Assembly (NCBI GenBank): GCA_003649205.1
Contig: QMRC01000003.1
Coordinates: forward strand, 32,001-96,000
Direction: 5' to 3'
Length of the DNA stretch: 64,000 nucleotides
From: Thermoprotei archaeon
Lineage (GTDB): Archaea; Thermoproteota; Thermoprotei; Thermoproteales; B15-G16
Positions 51,003 through 59,577 of the stretch are shown here, piece after piece. Within the stretch, counting starts at the first letter, position 1. Each line of letters begins with the position of its first letter. Both the position numbers and the translations under genes were made by a program. Below the pieces are notes generated by a model. It had not been told where the DNA came from, did not search any database, and saw only the letters and a program-made list of their open reading frames with translations.

Positions 51003-51179
51003 CACATGAGTACTCAGTAGTGATTTAGTGTCTTTCTCAGATGAAGAAGTAACTCATTCACTATATGTGACTTAAGCAAGGACGCACAGTACCAAGCTCA
51101 AGTAAGGTACTTAATAGTGCCTCTGGAACCATGTCCCCAGCTATGGTACTACCATTACCGTAGTGCACTCATACTGAAA

Positions 51180-51208
51180 GTATTAAAAAATATTGAAGTT
51201 AGTATTAA
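51180..51208 (+). promoter_or_regulatory. Candidate NikR-style operator over the ABC operon promoter
   Basis: GTATTAA-N15-GTATTAA, matching GTAATAC-N15-GTATTAC at 5/7 and 6/7; overlaps the AT-rich TATA region. Confidence 0.45.
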
Positions 51209-51224
51209 CACAGCTTGAATTTGG

Positions 51225-53285
51225 GTGAGTCTAATGAGGTCGCAAGTAGGTATCAGTAAGTGGGTTCTGGTTACAATCCTAGTGGTAGTAATTGTAGCAA
51301 TTGTAGCAGCTGTAATCACTACATATCTCTACTATAGCGCTAGACCATCTAAACCTACAGCACCTCCACCACCCACTAAACCTACCAAACCTACTAAACC
51401 AGCTATTGTGATTAAGGACTTTAGAGGGAAGACTATTGAGTTAGCTAAACCTGCTGAGAGGGTTGTAGTTCTTCAGTCATACTGGGCTGAGGTAATTGTA
51501 GCTCTCGGTAAGGCTAATACTATTGTTGGTGTTGGTAGCTACGTACCTTACGATGAGTACCTACCCCCTGAAGTCAGGGACCTACCTAAGGTTGGAAGCA
51601 TATTTAGAGGTGTCAATGTTGAGGCTATAGCTTCTCTGAAGCCAGATGTCGTAATTATGGACTTCGGCTATGGTAAGGCTGATGAGATTATTAAGAAACT
51701 TGAGCAAATGGGGATACCTGTCATTGGTCTCTTCATTAGAGGTATCGAAGATGAGATAAAGGCAATTGAGATCTTGGGTAAGGTACTTGGTGCTGAGGAG
51801 AAGGCTAAGAAGCTTATTGAGTTCATCAAGACTAGGTACGGTAAGTTGAAGGAGCTTGGTGCAAAGGTACCTGAGAGTAAGAGACTTAAAGTTGTTTTCA
51901 TCAGTGGTTCGAGTGTTCTCAAGGGTGGTGCTCTTTCGCTCTATGCAAATGCTTCGTGGGGTAGAGCTGTAGAGGATATAGGTGCTGTCAATGTGGCATT
52001 ACATGAGTTCCCAAATAAGAAGTGGCCTAAGGTTGATTTCGAGACTTTAGTGAAGTGGGATCCAGATGTAGTATTCATTACCTCATCTGTGAAGTACGTA
52101 CAGAAGGTACTGGATAAGGTTGCTAGTGATACTAGGTGGCATGTTCTCAAGGCTTACAAGAGTGGTAGAATCTACGTAGTTCCTTGCTGGGGTAGCATTG
52201 GTGGAGTTCTTGATTGGGGTCCGAGAGACATCATTGGTAGAGAGTACATTGCGAAGCTCCTGTACCCGGACGTGTATAGGGAAGTCGACTGGAGGGGTGA
52301 TATGGAGTATCTGCTCGAGCACTTCTACGGTATTGATATACCTAAGCAGGCATTTGCTGCGTACAGTATTGAGTGGAAGGAAATTGTCGATCCATTGGGT
52401 AATGTGGTTAAGGTACCGAGAAAGGTGAAGAAAGTAGTTGACTTGATATCGTACCTCTCTGACCTAGCTCTAGGTGTTATGGATAGACTCGTTGGTGTGT
52501 CGAAGTATGCTAAGAAGAATCCTGTACTGCTGAAGGTGTATCCCAAGATCAAGGACATACCTAGTCCAGGCTCCTCGTTTAAGGTGAACATAGAGGTGCT
52601 TGAGATGTTGAGACCTGACGTCGTCATAATTTGGCCATATAAGCCAAGTGTTGTTGAGCAGATTGAGAAGCTCGGTATTCCAGTTGTGAAAGTTCATCTC
52701 TATAGTTACGATGATGTCAGGAGGTTGCTATGGTGTTTAGGTGTGCTGTATGGTGTGGTCGATAGGGTCAAGAAGATCATTAACGATATGGATAACCTAC
52801 TGATGTTAGTTCGAGAGAGGATAAAGGACATACCATCTGAGAAGAGAGTACGTGTGCTGTATCTATGGAGTAAGCCTACTAGAGTTCAAGGTGGTAGAGG
52901 TACCATGAATGATGCTATTGTTCTCGCTGGTGGTGTAAATGTTGCAGCAAAGGAGTTTCCAGACAAGAGCTATGTAACTGTTGACTTTGAGCGTATTGTT
53001 AAGTGGAATCCAGATATGATAGTGATTTGGTGGTGGGCTAAGTACGGTCCTGAGGATCTCCTCAAGGATCCTAAGTGGAGTGTCGTTAAGGCGGTTAAAG
53101 AGGGTAGAGTGTACAAGGAGCCTTACTACGAGCATTGGGGCCCAGATTTAACCTTATTCGTGCTGTGGTTAGCGTGTAAGATGTACCCAGATAGGTTTAG
53201 TGACATAAACTTCATGGAGATAGCTAATAAATACTACATGGAGTGGTATGGTATACTGTATTCTGAGGTTGCTAGCGCTGGTTAG
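51225..53285 (+). CDS. ABC transporter substrate-binding protein with two tandem BtuF/FecB-type domains
   Basis: TM anchor, PTK-repeat linker; two repeats starting KDFRGKTIEL..AERVV and VDPLGNVVKV..VKKVV, each containing VDFE..VKW.PD. Confidence 0.9.
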   Translation: MSLMRSQVGISKWVLVTILVVVIVAIVAAVITTYLYYSARPSKPTAPPPPTKPTKPTKPAIVIKDFRGKTIELAKPAERVVVLQSYWAEVIVALGKANTIVGVGSYVPYDEYLPPEVRDLPKVGSIFRGVNVEAIASLKPDVVIMDFGYGKADEIIKKLEQMGIPVIGLFIRGIEDEIKAIEILGKVLGAEEKAKKLIEFIKTRYGKLKELGAKVPESKRLKVVFISGSSVLKGGALSLYANASWGRAVEDIGAVNVALHEFPNKKWPKVDFETLVKWDPDVVFITSSVKYVQKVLDKVASDTRWHVLKAYKSGRIYVVPCWGSIGGVLDWGPRDIIGREYIAKLLYPDVYREVDWRGDMEYLLEHFYGIDIPKQAFAAYSIEWKEIVDPLGNVVKVPRKVKKVVDLISYLSDLALGVMDRLVGVSKYAKKNPVLLKVYPKIKDIPSPGSSFKVNIEVLEMLRPDVVIIWPYKPSVVEQIEKLGIPVVKVHLYSYDDVRRLLWCLGVLYGVVDRVKKIINDMDNLLMLVRERIKDIPSEKRVRVLYLWSKPTRVQGGRGTMNDAIVLAGGVNVAAKEFPDKSYVTVDFERIVKWNPDMIVIWWWAKYGPEDLLKDPKWSVVKAVKEGRVYKEPYYEHWGPDLTLFVLWLACKMYPDRFSDINFMEIANKYYMEWYGILYSEVASAG

Positions 53286-53292
53286 TGGGTGA

Positions 53293-54309
53293 GTGTCCTT
53301 GAGGAAGCTAGTACCAAAGCTATTTGTTTCTTTTTCTCTACCGCTAGCAATCTTGATCTCTCTCCTACTGGGTCACTATAGGACCGACCCTAAGACCGTA
53401 CTTGAGGTGGTGTTGTCAGCTGTATTCCCTCACCTTATTCATAGTCCACCTGAGACAGTTCGAGTGATTGTACTGCTCTATAGAGCACCTAGAGCTATTG
53501 CAGCAGCTATTACAGGAGCTGTCCTAGCTGTTTCTGGTGCCGCTCTGCAATCAATGCTTCGTAACCCCTTAGTTGATACCTACATTCTGGGCATAGCTTC
53601 AGGTGCTGGGTTCGGTGCTGCATTAGCTATAGCGTTCTTACCGCCAACAGTACCGGTAGAGTTGGTTGCTTTTTGTTTCTCACTCATCGCATTCATGCTG
53701 GCATTTGTCCTAGCTTGGAGTTGGGGGAGAGGTGGGGTAATAGCTCTTGTCCTCTCTGGTGTCATAGTTAATGCATTTTTCTCAGCAGCTCTAGCACTTG
53801 TTAAGTACTTAGCTCCAGATCCTCATAGATTGGCCTCAATAGTCTTCTGGTTGATGGGTGATATTGGTCAAGCAGCGTTTTGGTACAAGATTATGCGTAT
53901 GTTAGCTATATCACTACCCTGTATACTCGTTATCTGGTTTATGAGGTGGAGACTTAATGTACTATCTCTTGGAGATGAAGAGGCTAGAGCACTTGGTGTG
54001 AATCCAACTGTGGAACGAGGTTTGTTGACTGCTATCTGTGCTCTCATGACTTCAGCTACTGTAGCCTACACCGGAATCATCGGGTGGGTTGGGCTACTAG
54101 TGCCCCACATAGTTAGGCTCATGTTGGGTACGGACAATAGGGTGGTGGTGACATACAGTATTGTGTTTGGTGCTACGTACATGGTACTAGCTGATGACTT
54201 AGCTAGGTGTCTCACGAGTGAGGAGCTACCGATTGGTGTTCTCACGACGATCATGGGTGCACCACTCTACATATACTTACTTAGGAGAGCAAGTGGTGTG
54301 TGGAGATGA
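53293..54309 (+). CDS. FecCD/BtuC-family ABC permease
   Basis: R.PR, LRNPLVD.YILG.ASGA, LG.EEARALG, GWVGL.VPH, ELPIG. Confidence 0.95.
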   Translation: MSLRKLVPKLFVSFSLPLAILISLLLGHYRTDPKTVLEVVLSAVFPHLIHSPPETVRVIVLLYRAPRAIAAAITGAVLAVSGAALQSMLRNPLVDTYILGIASGAGFGAALAIAFLPPTVPVELVAFCFSLIAFMLAFVLAWSWGRGGVIALVLSGVIVNAFFSAALALVKYLAPDPHRLASIVFWLMGDIGQAAFWYKIMRMLAISLPCILVIWFMRWRLNVLSLGDEEARALGVNPTVERGLLTAICALMTSATVAYTGIIGWVGLLVPHIVRLMLGTDNRVVVTYSIVFGATYMVLADDLARCLTSEELPIGVLTTIMGAPLYIYLLRRASGVWR

Positions 54310-55097
54310 GGTGTGTACTTCGGGTAGAGGGACTTAGCTACACGTACTCTCGTGATCTAGTTGCTCTACGTGATGTGGAGTTTGAGGTGTATAGTGGAGA
54401 GGTAGTGACAGTACTGGGCCCAAATGGTGCTGGGAAGACTACGCTTCTCAAGTGCATACTTAGACTTCTCGAACCGAGAGGTGTAGTGTACATTAATGGT
54501 AAGCGTAGATGGGATGAACTTAGTTCTAGAGAGCTCGCTAAGTATTTCGGCTATGTACCTCAGACACATCACAGCATATTTGCGTACAGGGTACTTGACT
54601 TTATATTAATGGGTAGAGCACCTCACCACACGATGTTCTCACTACCTTCTCGAAGGGATTACGAGAAAGTTCACGAGGTAGCTAAGTTACTTGGTATCGA
54701 GGATCTTCTCGAGAGGTCTATTACTGAGTTGAGCGGTGGTCAGATGCAGTTGGTACTGATTGCAAGAGCGCTTGTACAGGAAGCAAAGGTATTACTCCTC
54801 GATGAACCAACGGCACACCTAGATATTGTCAATAGTGTACGTGTGCTTTCAGTTGTTAGGAAGTTGGTGAAGTCGGGTAGAGTAGATGCAGCTATCATGG
54901 CAATGCACGATCCTGTTTTAGCAGCTAGTTTCAGTGATAAGGTGCTGCTAATGAGTAGGGGGCGTGTTGTGGCTTGCGGTAGTCCACGTGATGTATTGAG
55001 ACCTGAGGTACTTAGGGAGGTCTATGGTGTTGACTTCGTTAGGTTTGAGCACTGTGGTTTTGTGGTAGTTGTTCCAAGAGCTAGTACTGAGGTTTAG
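54306..55097 (+). CDS. FepC/BtuD-family ABC ATPase
   Basis: GPNGAGKTT, LSGGQ, LLDEPT, MHD; ATGA overlap. Confidence 0.95.
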   Translation: MRCVLRVEGLSYTYSRDLVALRDVEFEVYSGEVVTVLGPNGAGKTTLLKCILRLLEPRGVVYINGKRRWDELSSRELAKYFGYVPQTHHSIFAYRVLDFILMGRAPHHTMFSLPSRRDYEKVHEVAKLLGIEDLLERSITELSGGQMQLVLIARALVQEAKVLLLDEPTAHLDIVNSVRVLSVVRKLVKSGRVDAAIMAMHDPVLAASFSDKVLLMSRGRVVACGSPRDVLRPEVLREVYGVDFVRFEHCGFVVVVPRASTEV

Positions 55098-55101
55098 TGA
55101 C

Positions 55102-56054
55102 TTGGACTTAGCATCACTAGTCCTGTCTTACCTCAGGTATGTAGCCATCTCCATCACACTGATGTTCCTTGGCGTTCTCGTTCTGGGTATGGTCTACGAG
55201 CTAGGTATTTCGAGAATTCTGTGTAAACCCTTCAGGTCGCTTATGTTACTAGCGAGGTTACCACCAGACTTAGCAGTTCTCATACCTGCCGCCGTAGTGG
55301 ATGTTAAGGTTGAGCAAGCATACCTCTCTGAGTTAAGGACTGGAGGCGTCGTAGGGGATGATGTTGTGATTGCGTATGTACTGCCTAGGAGACCCTTTAC
55401 GCTGATCACCCACCTCATAGGTACTACATACCTGTTGTGTTGGTTGCTCTCGGAGTTTCTCTGGGACTGAGGTACCTATTGCTAGCACTTGTTCCGCAGA
55501 TCATAAGTTTGCTAGTCGCTATTGTGTACGGTAGATCTAAAGTACATGGAATTTACACGGAGCCTAGTCGTACTATTGAGGTTAGTGCTTCCTATAGTTT
55601 ACGCGAGGTACTTCGTAGGTCTCTGCACTTAGCAATTCATGCTCTCTCGAGAATTGTTCCTCGTTACATAGTTGCTACTGCGTTAGTAGTAATCTTCACG
55701 GTACTGAATGTAACTACTTACCTCAGTAATGTAGTAACTCCATTGCCTCACACATTAGGTTTTTCGTACCATTTCGTTATTGTTGTGTGTACAGGTATTA
55801 TTAGTCCGGTTACTGCTGTATTCCTAGTAGGTGAATTTGTTAGATCTAGTTTCCTCAGTTGTAGAGAAGCGCTTCTCGTACTGGTGCTGACTAGGTTTCT
55901 CTTCATTGTGTTATCTGATTATCCTCGACACGTAGTTCCACTATATCTCTCACTCTATCCTCCTAAGCTAGTTGTGAAATTGGTCGCTATTTCGCTCTCG
56001 ATATCAATCACCTCGTTGCCTCTGCAGCTATTCCTCGTTTACTTGCTGACGTAG
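55102..56054 (+). pseudogene. Nucleoside-recognition/Gate-domain membrane protein (COG3366-like), frameshifted near 55418
   Basis: ...FTLITHL continues in another frame as RYYIPVVLVALG; joined product is ~317 aa, multi-TM. Confidence 0.65.
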
Positions 56055-58051
56055 ATTACTCTGTACTCTCCATTAGTCATCTCAGCTAACTTCTCAATAA
56101 CACTCATTCCAATATTGAGTGAGTACTCTCCTCGAACTTCGAATATAGTGAGCTTACACTGGAGTTTCTCAAGTAATGTGGCTATAGTGCGAATATCTTG
56201 ATCTAAGTCGCCGGTCAGCAGTACATTTACCTTACCATCACTTACTAAGTATATGTGGACTCGAGAGAGCGGATACCTCAGTCTATAGAGCTTAGCTACG
56301 TTGTAAGCCTCCAGTAATCCGTGGAAGAGAGGAGTTGATCCCCCTACCTCAATTTCCCTGAGGAGTTCGAGAGCCTTTGCATAGCATCTCGTAGGTGGTA
56401 GAATACACGATGCACTTCTTCCTCTGAACACTACAATGGCTATGCTAGATCTTGTAACGTAGCTCCTAGTCGCTAGCTTCTCAACTAGCTCCCTAGCTAG
56501 TTGAATTCTGTTTAGTGCTAACATGCTACCACTAGCATCCAGCACCACTATATTGAGTACAGGTACCTTAACTCTCCTAACTCTTACCCTAATGTCTTGA
56601 CTCGGGATCGGTAACTTAGTTGTGAGGCATCTTGAAACTGTAGCTCTAAGTGTAGCAACTAAGTCTATATCCCTGTACTCACTGTCGTGAACGGGTACTG
56701 TGTGGTAAATGACACGACCTCTACCGACTGCTACTAGAGTTACACTACATTCTCTTGATGTACGTCCCTTCGTTGGTGTTGTTGGTGTTAAGTGTAATTC
56801 ACGGATAGTTGATGACTTAGTTATTGTTGTGGGTAATGAGGTTAGTCCCTGTGATGTAGGTGTTAGGTCTCCTAGTTTAGCTATAATGCTATCTTTACCG
56901 CTGATGCCAGAGCCAATAGCTACATGTGTATCGCTAATATTTACCCTAGAACTGCTTCCTGCTGCGTGCTTATGAGAGTGCTCAGTACTTAATTCCTGTT
57001 TAGTACCGAGTACTTCATTGAGGACTTTCTCTAGAAGCTCACTTGCTTGTCTAGGGTTTTGAGGTGCAGTTGTCTTGATTCTATGTGGTAACGCTAGCTC
57101 CATAGCTTTCTTCACATCCTCTAGTTCGACACGTGTTCTACCATCTAGTGTAGCAATAGCTTTAGCTGTCTTAACTACAACTATGTCGGCTCTATGGGTT
57201 CTTACACGTAGCTTGACCATGGTCTCAGCAACGAGCTTCAGTAGGTCATTGTCTATATGAACTTCCCTAATTAGTTCCCTAGCTCTAGCAACTGTTTCAC
57301 GAATTTTCCTCTCCTCACTCTCAAACTTCTTAATAAAGGATAAGGGATCTCTATGAAATTCCTCAACTCTCCTAACGATCTCAGCTCTTTCCTCAGGATT
57401 CATTGATGCAGAAACATCGACAAAGAGTCCAAATCTATCCAGGATCTGTGGCCTTAATTCACCCTCTTCAGGATTCATACTACCAACAAGTACGAAGCGT
57501 GCTGGGTGTCTAAACGAAATTCCTTCACGTTCAACTATGTTCCAACCCGTAGCTGCTGCATCTAGTAGGAGGTCAGCTATGTAGTCATCGAGTAGATTAA
57601 CTTCGTCAATATATAGGATGTTTCTATTAGCCTCTGCTAGTATACCTGGTTTAAACACTACTTTACCTTCTCTCAGTGCACGCTCAACATCTATGGTGCC
57701 AACTAATCGATCGACAGTTACATTAAGTGGTAAGTCGATAACCCTCATTGGTTTGTACTCAATCTCGAGCTTCTCACCACGAAGCCATGCTTGGTAATGC
57801 TCTTCACACATCTCATAAGGGTTAAGGGGATTGCAGTTAAATGGACAACCCTTCACAACAGGTACTTCAGGTAGTATCTGTGCTAGTGATCTCACAAGTG
57901 TAGTCTTTCCAGTTCCTTTATCACCACACAGTAGTACACCACCAATTGTTGGATCAACAGCAACTGCTAGGAGTGCAAGTTTTGCCTTCTCTAAACCTAC
58001 AATAGCTGAGAAGGGGAAGTAGATCCTTCTACTGCCCTGAGACAGATACAT
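56039..58051 (-). CDS. ChlI/ChlD-type chelatase AAA+ ATPase with C-terminal VWA domain
   Basis: FPFSAIVG, GDKGTGKTT, YIDEVNLL, MNPEEGELRPQ..DRFG, MIDAS motif LDASGSM. Confidence 0.93.
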   Translation of the reverse strand: MYLSQGSRRIYFPFSAIVGLEKAKLALLAVAVDPTIGGVLLCGDKGTGKTTLVRSLAQILPEVPVVKGCPFNCNPLNPYEMCEEHYQAWLRGEKLEIEYKPMRVIDLPLNVTVDRLVGTIDVERALREGKVVFKPGILAEANRNILYIDEVNLLDDYIADLLLDAAATGWNIVEREGISFRHPARFVLVGSMNPEEGELRPQILDRFGLFVDVSASMNPEERAEIVRRVEEFHRDPLSFIKKFESEERKIRETVARARELIREVHIDNDLLKLVAETMVKLRVRTHRADIVVVKTAKAIATLDGRTRVELEDVKKAMELALPHRIKTTAPQNPRQASELLEKVLNEVLGTKQELSTEHSHKHAAGSSSRVNISDTHVAIGSGISGKDSIIAKLGDLTPTSQGLTSLPTTITKSSTIRELHLTPTTPTKGRTSRECSVTLVAVGRGRVIYHTVPVHDSEYRDIDLVATLRATVSRCLTTKLPIPSQDIRVRVRRVKVPVLNIVVLDASGSMLALNRIQLARELVEKLATRSYVTRSSIAIVVFRGRSASCILPPTRCYAKALELLREIEVGGSTPLFHGLLEAYNVAKLYRLRYPLSRVHIYLVSDGKVNVLLTGDLDQDIRTIATLLEKLQCKLTIFEVRGEYSLNIGMSVIEKLAEMTNGEYRVIYVSK

Positions 58052-59573
58052 CACCCCTCAGCTTCTTAATCCATTCAAGAGCTTCAATAGCTGGTTTAGC
58101 TCTTTCTCTCCAGGGCTGAACATCATCAGCTGTGTATATCGAGACTTCACCTCCCTGTACACTCACTCCAGCGACCTCACCTTCCAGCAGGGACTCTACC
58201 TCCATTCTAGCTAATTGAATCCCCTTGAGTACGTTGAGATCTGGTTTCCAAAGACCACGTTCAACTGCTTCGAGAAGTCTACGAGTGAGTTCCTCGAAAG
58301 CATATGGATTGTTCTCCATGAACCACTTCCTCATACCTTCATCCAGTACGTACTTCTCAGCTATTCTATTCCACACTTCGTCAGGTACAGCACGTGTAGT
58401 TGCTTGCCACCCATAGAGATGAACTATCTTCTTCATGAGTTCAGCAGCACCCCTATACCCGTGCTTCTTCATTTCCTCAATCCACCTAGGATTAAGGAGC
58501 TTTGCATACACTATCCTTACCAACTCTTCGCTCAGGGTACGGATCTGAGGTCTTGAGCTATCTCTGGTATCCACTACCAAGTTAAGCGGTTCCTTACCAC
58601 TAACTACCTTTGTAGTGACGTGGAAACCACCTTGGTAAGCGAAGTAGCCGCAGCAATTCGTTGGGTCATGTTCATCGCTAACATGGTTGCGTACAACGAC
58701 CTCTACTCTCGATAGCTGAAGGGTGAGTAAGTGAGGTATGGGTACGCCGTATCTTTTCCTCGTGTACGCATACATACCCCAGTGAATCCATACCTTAGCT
58801 AAGTCGTCTTCGTTCTTCCACGCGGATGCAAAGACTGCATAATTCACACCAGCACCATAGGCACCTGGTGGTGCACACCAAATACGTGCTCTAGCTAGTT
58901 CTTCAACATCGATGTTAGGTAGATTGAGTTCTCTCAACCTCTCAATGAACTCTAGGTAATGCTTCTTCGGGTAGTTCATCTCTAGAGGTTCATCAAGAGT
59001 AATAACTTTCTCAATAGCTTCATCTATCAAACTTATGTAATTCGGTAGATTATCACGGACAATACCACTAATTCTTACAACAACATCAATTCTAGGTCGA
59101 CCAAGTTCTTCAAGTGGGATAACCTCAATTCCCTTGACAACACCATCAGAACCCCACACCGGTCTAACTCCAAGTAGATAGAGTATCCTCGATATCTGCT
59201 CACCATCAGCCTTATATGCATCGATACTCCATAACACCTCACCTACGCTCTCAGGGTATCTACCATGTAGCTCAAGAAACTTCTGCAGAAGTTTATTAGC
59301 TGATTCAACGCCAACTCTCCAAGCAGCAGGTGTCGGTATCTTTCTCGGGTCGATGCTGTAGAAGTTCCTTCCAGTAGGTAAGATATCTATTCTACCACGG
59401 GTAAGCGACCCAGCTGGACCGGGCTCTACATAGGAGCTACTTAGACCTTTCTCAATACCTCTAAGCTCGTTATCACCACATTCTCTAATCAACTCAGCAA
59501 GTCTAAGAGCTATCTTAAATGCTCGTAGTACACGTTCTCTAGTCTGATCATCCTTAAACTCAATCGTCTTCAT
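58029..59573 (-). CDS. CobN/ChlH-family chelatase, C-terminal part
   Basis: PGPAGS.TRG..DILPTGRNFY, GRPRIDV, LNP.WIE.M..HGY.GA, YGW.ATT. Confidence 0.92.
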   Translation of the reverse strand: MKTIEFKDDQTRERVLRAFKIALRLAELIRECGDNELRGIEKGLSSSYVEPGPAGSLTRGRIDILPTGRNFYSIDPRKIPTPAAWRVGVESANKLLQKFLELHGRYPESVGEVLWSIDAYKADGEQISRILYLLGVRPVWGSDGVVKGIEVIPLEELGRPRIDVVVRISGIVRDNLPNYISLIDEAIEKVITLDEPLEMNYPKKHYLEFIERLRELNLPNIDVEELARARIWCAPPGAYGAGVNYAVFASAWKNEDDLAKVWIHWGMYAYTRKRYGVPIPHLLTLQLSRVEVVVRNHVSDEHDPTNCCGYFAYQGGFHVTTKVVSGKEPLNLVVDTRDSSRPQIRTLSEELVRIVYAKLLNPRWIEEMKKHGYRGAAELMKKIVHLYGWQATTRAVPDEVWNRIAEKYVLDEGMRKWFMENNPYAFEELTRRLLEAVERGLWKPDLNVLKGIQLARMEVESLLEGEVAGVSVQGGEVSIYTADDVQPWRERAKPAIEALEWIKKLRGDVSVSGQ

Positions 59574-59577
59574 CACA

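Noticed and set aside
51003-51224. Cobalamin riboswitch or C/D sRNA upstream of the ABC operon
   Set aside because: No GC-rich riboswitch core; the box-like GTGATTT..CAGA TGAAGA lacks a D box and a good C box.
55411-55425. Programmed ribosomal frameshift
   Set aside because: No slippery sequence or downstream structure.
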